From: Planctomycetota bacterium
GTDB taxonomy: Bacteria; Planctomycetota; JAJSAM01; JAJVHW01
NCBI GenBank assembly: GCA_965248445.1
Contig: CBDFJG010000004.1
Location: forward strand, 320,001-384,000
Direction: 5' to 3'
DNA length: 64,000 nucleotides
Part shown: positions 41,224 to 50,166 of the stretch, in pieces
Numbering within the stretch: the stretch's first letter is position 1
How the letters are laid out: each line of letters starts with the position of its first letter
Translations under genes and position numbers: made by a program
Notes under the pieces: model-generated
What the model was told of the DNA's origin: nothing
What the model saw: only the letters and a program-made list of their open reading frames with translations
Databases searched by the model: none

Positions 41224-41770
41224 TAACGGTCCGGCGCGGCGCCGCGTCTCTTCCTGGGGCGGCGTATGGAGCGCTCGCCTCGGCGAACCGTGACGATTGC
41301 ATACCACCCAGGCGTTGACCCCGTCCGCCCGCTCGGGCACGGTCGTACTGTGGACGGAGACCGGAACGTGAGCCCACCGCGCGCAGAGGCGCCCGGGGTC
41401 TGGCTGGCGGCTTGGCAGCGAGGGGACCGGGACGCGTTCGAGCGGCTCCACGCGCACTACGCCCGCATGGTCCACGCCGTGGTTCTCGCCCGCGTCCCCG
41501 CGAGCGACGCCGAGGATGTCGTCCAGGACGTCTTCATGAAGGCGCTGCGATCGCTCGCAGGAGTGCGTGACGCGAAAGCCGTCGGCCCGTGGCTGTGCCG
41601 CGTCGCGCGCAACGCCGCGACCGACTTCATGCGCCGCCGGCGCCCGACCGAGGTGCTGCCTCCCGAGATTGCGCGCACGGCGCCGCCGACGGCCGAGGCA
41701 CGCGAGGCGCTCGCAGCGGTGCGCGCGCTGCCCGAAACGTACCGCGCGACGCTGCTGATGCGGCTCGTGG

Positions 41771-43302
41771 GTACCCGTTCAGGGTATGACGATCCGCGGC
41801 CTCAGCGCGTGATCGGGAGCGCGACGAGAGCCGGCGGCGAGCGGTTGTGCGCGAGTGCCGCGCTGACGTCTGCGAGGTAATCGAAGACGCTCTCGCCACG
41901 CTGGCGGAGCGTGGCGGTGACGGTCAGGATGCGCTCGACGAAGCGGAGTCCGCGCTCGCTCTGACTTCCGTGCGTTGCGCGTCTCCACAGGACCGGCTTG
42001 CGCACCGCGCGCTCAGCGGCGTTGTTCGTCGGGGAGACGCCAGGGACGTCGGCGAAGGTCCACAGAGCCTCCGCTCGGTCGAGCAGATGCCGAGTCGTTC
42101 CGCGTACTCGGCGGTGCTTGCTGTCTGCGCCGCGCACGAGCAGCGTCAGGAGTCGGTCCCATGTGAGACGCAGCTCACGCCGCATGCGGTCGCGGTCCCC
42201 GTGCTCGCCGAAGTGACGCTGAGCTCGCATGACAGCCTGGGCGAGACGCACGGCCTGCTTGCCGAAGCGCCGGCCGCCGCGCGAGCCCTCGGCCAGCGCT
42301 CGAAAGTCCCTCTCGAGATGCGCCCAGCAGATCTGGCGGCGCTCGGTGGGATGCTGGTCGTAAGCGCCCATACGGTCGGTCACGAGGACGCCCCTGAAGC
42401 GCTTGCCCACGAGTCGCCGCATGGCCTTGGCGCTCCTGCGCCGATCGATACGATGGACCGTGGCGTGCTCACAGACCGCGCTCCACAGCCAATGCAGCGT
42501 GCCACGACGCGACCACGGTGTCTCGTCTACATAGGCGACGCTGCTCGTGCGTACGGCCCCGAGGGCCTCGATGTGCGCTGAGGAGATGGCTCCCGACACC
42601 CGCTCCTCGATCGCACTGACCGTGCCCGGTGACATCGAGACGCCGATGACGTCACGCAACAGACGACTGGTCTCGCGCCGCGACAGGCGGAAGACGCCGA
42701 CCAGAGCCGCGGTGAGCGCACAGAGTCGCGGGCCGAAGGGACTCGCCGTCACACCGCTTGGCAGCGAGGCAGTGGACGTGGCGCCACAGTCCGTGCACCG
42801 TGCCCGGTGCAACCGGTGCTCGGTCACCTGGATCAGCCGTGGCGGGACCTCGAAGACCTGCTGGCGTGTCGGGGCGCGATCGATCGGGACGAGCACGTCG
42901 CTCCCACACGCGCTGCACTCGCGCGGGCGGTGGTCCTCTACGCCATCGACCTCGGACTCGTCCACGAGCTTGCGCGTCGCCCCTTTGTGGCCGGGCTGCG
43001 CACCCTGGCGCTTGTCCGACGGCGGCTTGCGCCGCCGCCGCTTCTTGGACCACGACGGATCCGAGGACGGTGGGCGCGAGGAGGTGCGGGAGTCCCGGCG
43101 AAGACGGCTCTCGAGATCGTCGATCCGTGCCGCCTGCCGCTCGATCACCTCCGCCTGCTCGGCAATCGTCTCGTCCCGAGCGTCCAGACGACGGGTCAGG
43201 CGCTCGACCAGATCACGCAGCTCATCGGTGCCCACATCCGATTCATCGACCGAACGGAAAGCGATCTGGATCCGAGCTCAGAACCAAGGGCTGAACGGGT
43301 AC
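41771..43302 (-). mobile_element. IS66-family single-ORF element, lineage 2, copy 1 (1532 bp)
   Basis: TIRs GTACCCGTTCAG / CTGAACGGGTAC; 8-bp target duplication GCTCGTGG at 41763-41770 and 43303-43310. Confidence 0.97.
41802..43235 (-). CDS. IS66 family transposase (TnpC)
   Basis: DSRTSSRPPSSD, GAQPGH, VDET, QICWAH, PTNNAAERAVR. Confidence 0.96.
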   Translation of the reverse strand: MGTDELRDLVERLTRRLDARDETIAEQAEVIERQAARIDDLESRLRRDSRTSSRPPSSDPSWSKKRRRRKPPSDKRQGAQPGHKGATRKLVDESEVDGVEDHRPRECSACGSDVLVPIDRAPTRQQVFEVPPRLIQVTEHRLHRARCTDCGATSTASLPSGVTASPFGPRLCALTAALVGVFRLSRRETSRLLRDVIGVSMSPGTVSAIEERVSGAISSAHIEALGAVRTSSVAYVDETPWSRRGTLHWLWSAVCEHATVHRIDRRRSAKAMRRLVGKRFRGVLVTDRMGAYDQHPTERRQICWAHLERDFRALAEGSRGGRRFGKQAVRLAQAVMRAQRHFGEHGDRDRMRRELRLTWDRLLTLLVRGADSKHRRVRGTTRHLLDRAEALWTFADVPGVSPTNNAAERAVRKPVLWRRATHGSQSERGLRFVERILTVTATLRQRGESVFDYLADVSAALAHNRSPPALVALPITR

Positions 43303-43428
43303 GCTCGTGGAGGGCATGAGCGGACCGGAGATCGCCGAGCGAACGGGCCTGACGCCCGGCTCGGTACGCGTGAACCTGCACCGCGGCATGCAGATGCTGC
43401 GCGCGCAACTCCACGCTGGAGGTGCCCA

Positions 43429-44439
43429 ATGACCGACGACAGTCCCTTGAACGACGACTACCTGTGGGACAAGAGCGGCGAACCCGATCCCGACGTCGCG
43501 CGTCTCGAGGAGCAACTCGGGACGATGCGCTACGACCGCGCTGCGCCTGACCTCCGGAAGCCGCGCCGCATCTGGCCGTGGGTTGCCGCGGCGGCGGCGG
43601 TGCTGGTCGGCGTCGCGTACTTCGCCGACCGCGGAGTCGACCCGCCTGCCGGCGAGGCGGGGGAGGAGACTGCGCACCAGTCGGCCGAGTCGTCTGCGGA
43701 GACGTGGTCTTGTCAGGTAACCGACCTGTCGACACCGGAGGGGACGATCTCGAAGCGCCAGATCGGTGTGGGTGAGTGGATCGAGACGGGTGCTGCCGAC
43801 CGTGTGGAATTGACAGTCGCCGACATCGGGACGCTGAACGTTCTGCCCGACTCGCGCGTCGGACTCGTCCGCACGGGGCAGGACGAGCATCGAGTCCGTC
43901 TGGACCGCGGCGCGATCCACGCCGTCGTCGACGCCCCCCCCCGCCTCTTCGTGGTCGAGACCCCCGCGGCCGACGCCGTCGACCTCGGGTGCGAGTACAC
44001 GCTGGCTGTCGACAAAGAGGGCAACGGCACCCTGGAGGTCGCAACGGGTTCGGTGTCGCTCGAGCGCGGAGGTCGCACGTCGACCGTCCCGGAGGGCGCC
44101 GTCTGTGCGATCAGCGCGGCCACCGGACCCGGAACGCCGCATTTCCCGGGCGCTGCGGACGAGTTCACCAGCGCGGTCGCGCGCATCGACGGCGGCACGT
44201 GCGGCTCTTCCGACGTTGCAACGGTGTTGCGTACAGCACGCAAACAAGACACGCTCACGCTCTGGCACTTGCTCTCACAGGTTGAAGGCGAGGAGCGTGC
44301 GCTGGTGCACGACCGCATGGTGTCTCTCGCTCCGCCGCCGGACGCGTGCACGCGTGAAGGCGCGTTGAGGCTCGACGAGGACATGCTCGAAGCGTGGTTC
44401 GAGGAACTGCGCTTTACCGCGTTCGACTGGCGGCGTTAA
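43429..44439 (+). CDS. FecR-like membrane anti-sigma factor
   Basis: ATGA overlap with the sigma stop; NDDYLWD N-terminus, TM, FVVETPAADAVDLGCEY FecR-type segment. Confidence 0.82.
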   Translation: MTDDSPLNDDYLWDKSGEPDPDVARLEEQLGTMRYDRAAPDLRKPRRIWPWVAAAAAVLVGVAYFADRGVDPPAGEAGEETAHQSAESSAETWSCQVTDLSTPEGTISKRQIGVGEWIETGAADRVELTVADIGTLNVLPDSRVGLVRTGQDEHRVRLDRGAIHAVVDAPPRLFVVETPAADAVDLGCEYTLAVDKEGNGTLEVATGSVSLERGGRTSTVPEGAVCAISAATGPGTPHFPGAADEFTSAVARIDGGTCGSSDVATVLRTARKQDTLTLWHLLSQVEGEERALVHDRMVSLAPPPDACTREGALRLDEDMLEAWFEELRFTAFDWRR

Positions 44440-44495
44440 CGGCGCCGCGGGTTCGCGCGTCCATTCTCCCGACACACGAACACCGGGAGATCCTC

Positions 44496-45860
44496 ATGCA
44501 ACGCCGCGCACTCGTCCTCGTTCCGCTCGTCGCCGCCGCCGCCGCCCTGACGTTCAGCGCGTCCGCGCCGCGTTGTGACGCAGGGGGCAACCACACGGGC
44601 CACTGGGACCGCAAAACACATGTGGCGCACGAGTGGGGCATGTTCACGAGCGTTCAGGGTGCCGACGGCGTCGTGCTCGAGGGGCTGCGCCACGAGGAGC
44701 GCGATCTGCCTTCGTTCGTGCACGACCTGCGCGAGTCGGTCGGGGTGACCGGCGTGTCTCCCAAGATGGAGACGCCGGTGATCTACTTCTACTCACCGGA
44801 CGACCGCCGCGTGAACGTGAGGGTCGGATTCCCGCACGGCGTGATCACGCAATGGTATCCCGCGGCGAGCATAGCGAACCACGTGGGTCCGCTGTACGCG
44901 GGTCAGCCTACCGAGCCGAACGGCGACGTCATCGAGGACCTGTCCGACGGGTTCATCCGGTGGGGCCAGTGGCAGGACCTCCTGGTGATGGGGCGGGATG
45001 CAGATCAGAAGGTGCTCCCCGTTGCGGATGACGATCCGTGGCGGTTCTCTCGACAGGTCGACGCCAACCTATTGCGCACGTGCAACCACAACCTCGCGTT
45101 GCGCAAGATCGCGCCGAAGACGCGGGTGACAGAGATGTCATTCGAGTACGAGCGGATGCTGTTCTATCGGGGGCTCGGCGACTTCGCGCTGCCGCTGCAG
45201 GGCCGCGTCACTCGCGAGGACGTTGAGATCGACCGTGCCCTCGTGCGGATCGAGTTCACGAACACGCGACCCGAGGAGCCGATCGAACACGTGTTCGTCG
45301 TTCACGTCGAGGACGGGCGCGCCGGCTTCGAGTACCTGCCCCGCATCGTGGGTGAGGCGGTCGTCGCTGCCGACATCGAGCGCCTCCCGCTCGCCACGTC
45401 GACCGAAGTGCTGGTCCGGCAGCTCGCCGAGAAGCTGACCGCGACCGGGCTCTACGAGGACGAGGCACTCGCCATGGCGCGGACCTGGCAGGAGGGGTAC
45501 TTCAACGACGAGGGGCTGCGCGTCCTGTACGTGTTGCCCCGGGCGCTCATCGATCGCGAACTGCCTCTGACGGTGCGCGATGTGTCTCGTGACGGAAAGC
45601 GGCCTGCCGAGTTCGAGGTGGTCCGCACGTTCGTCGGCCGCACGGAACTGCTCTCGCCGTCCCGCGAATCGCGCATGGAACGGGCGGTGCAGGACTTCGC
45701 CCTTGGCAATGAACTGGAGCGCGCGTCGGCTGAGCGCACGCTGGACAGTTGGGGGCGCTTCGCAATCCCGTACCTGAGCCGCATCGCCGCCATGACGTCC
45801 GACGACTCCGTGCGAACGTCGGCGAAGGACCGGCTGGACGCCTTGGCACTACGCCGCTGA
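44496..45860 (+). CDS. Secreted hypothetical protein
   Basis: Signal peptide; HEWG.FTS, METPVIYFY, LFYRGLG, GLYEDEA.AM..TW conserved-looking motifs. Confidence 0.75.
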   Translation: MQRRALVLVPLVAAAAALTFSASAPRCDAGGNHTGHWDRKTHVAHEWGMFTSVQGADGVVLEGLRHEERDLPSFVHDLRESVGVTGVSPKMETPVIYFYSPDDRRVNVRVGFPHGVITQWYPAASIANHVGPLYAGQPTEPNGDVIEDLSDGFIRWGQWQDLLVMGRDADQKVLPVADDDPWRFSRQVDANLLRTCNHNLALRKIAPKTRVTEMSFEYERMLFYRGLGDFALPLQGRVTREDVEIDRALVRIEFTNTRPEEPIEHVFVVHVEDGRAGFEYLPRIVGEAVVAADIERLPLATSTEVLVRQLAEKLTATGLYEDEALAMARTWQEGYFNDEGLRVLYVLPRALIDRELPLTVRDVSRDGKRPAEFEVVRTFVGRTELLSPSRESRMERAVQDFALGNELERASAERTLDSWGRFAIPYLSRIAAMTSDDSVRTSAKDRLDALALRR

Positions 45861-45908
45861 ACTTCCGGCCGGGCATCGTAACGGCGGCGGCGATACGCTG
45901 GCGCCGAC

Positions 45909-46301
45909 ATGACGAAGCCGAGAGTCTGCGAGGCATCACCGATCCACTTCGTGCAGGACGTGCCGGCGGCGCTCGCGTGGTACCGCGACATCCTGGGCCT
46001 GGGCGTCGCGTTCGCGTGGCCGAACGAGGAGCAGCCCGCGTATGCCGGAGTGTGTTGCGGCAAGTCGCAGATCCACCTCTGCGGCCCGCGTGAGTGGCAT
46101 CCGCCCGAACGCACGTACTCCGAGTCGTACGTCTTCGTCGAGGGCGTGGATGCGCTGGCCGCCGAGATCAAGTCGCGCGGCGGGACGCTCGAGCAGGAGC
46201 CGACCACGTTTCCATACGAGATGCGGGAACTCACGATCCGTGATCCGGACGGAAATCGCATCACGTTCGGAGCCTCGACAGCGGCCAAGGAGGCCGAGTG
46301 A
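45909..46301 (+). CDS. VOC/glyoxalase/bleomycin-resistance family protein
   Basis: VQDV.AALAWYRDILG, VEGVDAL, YEMRELTIRDPDGNRITF. Confidence 0.9.
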   Translation: MTKPRVCEASPIHFVQDVPAALAWYRDILGLGVAFAWPNEEQPAYAGVCCGKSQIHLCGPREWHPPERTYSESYVFVEGVDALAAEIKSRGGTLEQEPTTFPYEMRELTIRDPDGNRITFGASTAAKEAE

Positions 46302-46888
46302 GCGACGCCGAGCGCATCGCCTGGATCTCGGTCTCGCCCGGTGACGCCGAGACCGCGGCAACAATCGGCGACGCCTTCGAGCGCCTGGGCGTGCCTCGCG
46401 ACGGCGCCGGTCTCGACCACATCCTGCGCGTCCACGCGGAGATGCCGCGCACGCTCGACGAACATCTGGCGTTCTACCGTGGGATCATGCGCGAGCCCGG
46501 TCCACTCACGCGCATCGAACGCGAGATCGTGGGCATCGCGGTGTCGGTGCGCAACCAGTGTCTCTATTGAGTCGACCACCACGCGGCCGGTCTGGCCGCG
46601 CTGAGCAGCGAGACCCGCGGAGCGGACTTCGCCCCGTCGGTGGTGCAGGACGTCAATGCGGCGGCGCTCACGCCTCGTGAACGCGCGCTCGTCGACTACG
46701 CGCTGCTGCTGAACGACCGGCCCGCTGCGATCGCCGAGGACGACATCCAGGAACTCCGCGCGGCCGGCCTGACCGACGCGGAGATCCTGCACGTGAACCT
46801 CGTCGTCGGGTACTTCGCGTTCGCGAACCGCCTGACGCTCGGACTCGGCGTGACCCTCGAGCCTCGCGAGCATCCGCTGGGTGAGTGA
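46298..46888 (+). CDS. AhpD/carboxymuconolactone-decarboxylase-like peroxidase, probable selenoprotein (CxxU)
   Basis: The two track ORFs are one frame joined by TGA 46568-46570 in VSVRNQCLY*VDHH, the second Cys position of the AhpD N-x-C-x-Y-C-x-x-H-H motif; hairpin follows. Confidence 0.85.
46582..46600 (+). promoter_or_regulatory. Putative bacterial SECIS hairpin
   Basis: CGCGGCC-GGTCT-GGCCGCG stem-loop starting 11 nt after the in-frame UGA, with G/GU in the apical loop. Confidence 0.7.
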
Positions 46889-46899
46889 GCGGCATCCGC

Positions 46900-47244
46900 C
46901 TACGCGCGGCGGAAGACGGCGGAACCGGCCAGGATCGAGGCCCAGGCCGGGAGCGTCTCACCGGCGTCGTCGGTGTTGCGGGCGAGGTGCCACAGCACGC
47001 GGATCTCGTCCCCGCCCGCTCCCTCCGTGCGGCGGCCGGTCCAGGACGTCACGGAGCCGTGTTCTCCGAACTGGGCGACGATCCCGATCAGGTCCTCGTG
47101 CGCGAACCCCGTGACAGCGAACTGCTCGGCGGCATCGGGCCGTCCGACCTGGGTCCGGTAGACGCCGCTGACGCGCCCGCCGTCGACCGAGATCTCCATC
47201 TCGGAGCCCAGTTCGTTCCGCCAGCGTCCGTCCCACGTGCTCAT
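46900..47244 (-). CDS. Avidin/streptavidin family protein without signal peptide
   Basis: [37 protein letters not shown] match the avidin barrel motifs. Confidence 0.85.
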   Translation of the reverse strand: MSTWDGRWRNELGSEMEISVDGGRVSGVYRTQVGRPDAAEQFAVTGFAHEDLIGIVAQFGEHGSVTSWTGRRTEGAGGDEIRVLWHLARNTDDAGETLPAWASILAGSAVFRRA

Positions 47245-47284
47245 CTCGTCACGCAGGCTAGCCGGTCGCACTACATTCGGAGGC

Positions 47285-47758
47285 ATGCCGGGGCGCTACG
47301 AGCAGGAGACCATCGAGAACTGGGTGGGGGACTTCCTGTCTGGACCGCGCGCGAACCGCCACGTCGGCGGCGTGCGCGAGTACGCGAGCCAGTTGCTGGT
47401 CACGCTGCTCGCCGCGGCCTGCGACCACGGCGGCTCGGCTCTCGGAGAACTCGAGGAAGAGGACTTGCGCGCGGCGCTGCTCGGGCTAGTGGCGCGGCTC
47501 GATCTGCCGGGCTCGGTGCGAGACGCAGTGCCCGCACTCGCCGCGGACTGCCTCGAACAACTGCAGGAGGAGGGGCGTCTCGCTGGTGGCCGCGCGCTCG
47601 GCAGCTACGTACGGGCGCTGGCCCCGGCGTTTCGCGAAGCCGCCGGCGGTCCGCAGAAGCCGGTGCGGCGGCCCTCCGCGAAAGTCAGCCCGAACGACCC
47701 GTGTCCGTGCGGCAGCGGCCGCAAGTTCAAGAAGTGCTGCGCGGGCCTGCTCGGCTAG
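47285..47758 (+). CDS. SEC-C metal-binding motif protein
   Basis: C-terminal [20 protein letters not shown]. Confidence 0.88.
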   Translation: MPGRYEQETIENWVGDFLSGPRANRHVGGVREYASQLLVTLLAAACDHGGSALGELEEEDLRAALLGLVARLDLPGSVRDAVPALAADCLEQLQEEGRLAGGRALGSYVRALAPAFREAAGGPQKPVRRPSAKVSPNDPCPCGSGRKFKKCCAGLLG

Positions 47759-47763
47759 CAGCG

Positions 47764-48243
47764 CTACTCGTGCGGTGAGAAGTCGGGCCCGCGCGGGAAG
47801 CGCTGGATCCACTCTTGCTCCACGATCTTGACCTTGCTCCACGAGAACCCGTTGGGGCCGAACAGAGCCGCCGTCGTGAACGCGCGGCGGGTGCGCTCGT
47901 TGTCGATCAGCCAGACCGTCTTCTCTCCGTGGACTCGCACGATTTCGGTGCCCATGCCCAGCCGTTCGCCGACCCAGCTGTCGGGGATCTCCGCGACGTG
48001 CGCAATGCCGCCCCAGCCGGAGAACATGCGCGTGTACGCCGGGTAGGTGACGTGTCGCAGGATGCCGCGATCGACGACGTACACGGCGGTGTTGTCGAGG
48101 GTCTTGACCCGCTGACCATTCACGAGTTCCAGGTGGATGCCGCGGGCGCCGTCCGGCTCGGCGGTGGCGGGGCTGGGGCCGCCGAGACACAGGCCCAGCC
48201 CCAGGCCGAGTGCGAGGAAGAGAGCGGTGCGCGTGCTGGTCAT
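47764..48243 (-). CDS. Secreted hypothetical protein with two similar halves
   Basis: Signal peptide; VYVVDRGILRHV...GWGGI and VWLIDNERTRRAF...FSWSKV repeats. Confidence 0.7.
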   Translation of the reverse strand: MTSTRTALFLALGLGLGLCLGGPSPATAEPDGARGIHLELVNGQRVKTLDNTAVYVVDRGILRHVTYPAYTRMFSGWGGIAHVAEIPDSWVGERLGMGTEIVRVHGEKTVWLIDNERTRRAFTTAALFGPNGFSWSKVKIVEQEWIQRFPRGPDFSPHE

Positions 48244-48327
48244 GTCGTGCCTCCGGTTGCTCGTCGCCGTCCACAGACTACAACGAACGAGCGGCCCGAT
48301 CGTTTGCAGCCGACTTAGACTCTCCTC

Positions 48328-49245
48328 GTGACGGACTCGGAGGCCTCTCGGCGACGCCGGACGTGGTTCGCTTTCGCCCTCATGGTGATCGCGACCGCGG
48401 CGTTCTGGACGAGCATGGATCTCATCGCCGTGCACGTCGTCAAGACGAAGACCGGCCCGATGTACACGAACACCTGGAGCTCGGACGCCAGGGGCTGGAG
48501 CGTCGCGCTGAGGTACGAACCAGCGTGGCCGGCGAACGTCGAGCTGGCTCTCGCGCCGATCCTGTGGCTCTGGGCGCTCTGGCTGCGCGCGCCCAAGGCG
48601 CGCTTCATCGGAGCGCTGCTCTCGACGTTTGCAGTGATGGTGCAGGCAATCTGCGCCGAAACCGGTCGCCACGAAGGCGTGACTGAGTTCTACGCCGGCT
48701 ACTGGGTGTGGCTTGGATCGGGCGTGCTGACAGTGGTCGCGTTCGCGGTGCTGCCCGAGCCGCACGCGATCCCCGGCGGGGAACCGCTCCCTCGCGAGGT
48801 CGTGCTCTCCGCCCGGCGACGCTTTGCGCTCCTCCTCGCGCTGATCGGAACGGCGTTCGTCGTCTCGACGCAGTTCCTCTGGACCGCGGCGAGTCCGCTC
48901 GACGTCGTAGTGGTTCCGGTCTCGAGGGGTTGTCCCGTGCCCACAGTATTCGTCGCGTTCGGGACGCTGACGGGAGCGTGCCTTGCAACGGGTCTGCTGT
49001 CAGCGCCGATCCTGTTCGCATGGGCTGCGCGACGACGCGCTCGCTGGGCGCAGATCGCAGGCGTCACGCTCTGCGCTGCACTCGTCATCGCGCAGGCGGT
49101 GCTCATGCCGCGGGGCTACTGGCCCCGTGGATGGACGGACGAGGCGACGCCGCAACTCATGCACTGGTACGCGGCGCCGGTGCTGCTCTGCATCGCGCTC
49201 GCGTTGCTGCCGATCAGTCGAGTCGGAGACGCTACGCGTCGGTGA
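48328..49245 (+). CDS. Hypothetical integral membrane protein
   Basis: About eight hydrophobic segments in two similar halves. Confidence 0.6.
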   Translation: MTDSEASRRRRTWFAFALMVIATAAFWTSMDLIAVHVVKTKTGPMYTNTWSSDARGWSVALRYEPAWPANVELALAPILWLWALWLRAPKARFIGALLSTFAVMVQAICAETGRHEGVTEFYAGYWVWLGSGVLTVVAFAVLPEPHAIPGGEPLPREVVLSARRRFALLLALIGTAFVVSTQFLWTAASPLDVVVVPVSRGCPVPTVFVAFGTLTGACLATGLLSAPILFAWAARRRARWAQIAGVTLCAALVIAQAVLMPRGYWPRGWTDEATPQLMHWYAAPVLLCIALALLPISRVGDATRR

Positions 49246-50038
49246 TAGGGAGTTCGAGTGTCCCTTCGATGACAGTCACGGCATGGCCGGTCAGCAGCAC
49301 GCGGTTGCCGCGCACCTCGCACGTGAGTTCGCCGCCGCGGGCGGAGAGTTGGCGTGCGTGCATCCGGGACTTGCCGAGCCGTTCGGACCAGAACGGTGCG
49401 AGCGAGCAGTGCGCGGACCCCGTGACCGGGTCCTCCGGCACGCCGACCGCCGGCGCGAAGAAGCGTGAAACGAAGTCGCAGTCACGTCCGGGGGCTGTGA
49501 CCATCAGGTAGTCGCGGTCCAGCTCGAGTACGCGCATGGGGTCGGGTACGGCTGCGCGGACGGCATCGTCGTCTGCGACGACTGCCACGTAGGCGAAGTG
49601 GTTCGCGTGGAGTTCGAGCATGCCGATTCCGACGACGTCCGCGATGCGCGGATCGACGCTCTCAGCGACGACCGGGCGAGCCGGGAGGTCCATGACCATC
49701 CCGCCAGCCGGGGAGCGGCTGACAGTGAGCACACCGCTCTCTCGCGTCAAGAACGACAGATCGTCCCGGCCCGCGTCGCGTCCGCCGAACAGGACGTGCG
49801 CTGTCGCGAGCGTGGCGTGGCCGCAGAGCGGCACTTCGGCGCCGGGCGTGAACCACCGGAGTTCATAGCAGCCGGTGCCGGCAGGCACCGCGAACGCGGT
49901 CTCGGACAGGTTGTTCTCCGCGGCGACGCTCTGCAGCAGCGCATCGTCCGGCCAACCCGAAAGCTGAACCACGGCGGCGGGGTTGCCCGCGAACGGCTCC
50001 GTCGTGAACGCATCGACTTGATGAAGGGGCACGCGCAT
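49232..50038 (-). CDS. PhzF family isomerase
   Basis: QVDAFT..FAGNPAAV, ENNLSETAF, LRWFTP..EVPLCGHATLA, EDPVTGSAH. Confidence 0.95.
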   Translation of the reverse strand: MRVPLHQVDAFTTEPFAGNPAAVVQLSGWPDDALLQSVAAENNLSETAFAVPAGTGCYELRWFTPGAEVPLCGHATLATAHVLFGGRDAGRDDLSFLTRESGVLTVSRSPAGGMVMDLPARPVVAESVDPRIADVVGIGMLELHANHFAYVAVVADDDAVRAAVPDPMRVLELDRDYLMVTAPGRDCDFVSRFFAPAVGVPEDPVTGSAHCSLAPFWSERLGKSRMHARQLSARGGELTCEVRGNRVLLTGHAVTVIEGTLELPITDA

Positions 50039-50166
50039 GGCCGGAGCATAGCCGGGCGGACTCGGAGTCACGGCGCGCGCAACCCGGGTCATACTGGTCG
50101 TGGACAGAGAGAGACCGCCGGGTCCGCAGCGGGGGCGAAGCCGGCACCACCAGACAGGGGAGTGAG

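Larger units (their letters stand above)
41368..43432 (+). pseudogene. ECF sigma factor interrupted by IS66 (parts 41368-41770 and 43311-43432)
   Basis: Removing the IS and one GCTCGTGG copy restores ...LLMRLVEGMSGPEIAERTGLTPGSVRVNLHRGMQMLRAQLHAGGAQ*, an intact region 4. Confidence 0.92.

Noticed and set aside
42547..44439. 630-aa ORF as an IS-FecR fusion
   Set aside because: The N-terminal part is antisense IS sequence; the true start is ATG 43429 overlapping the sigma stop.
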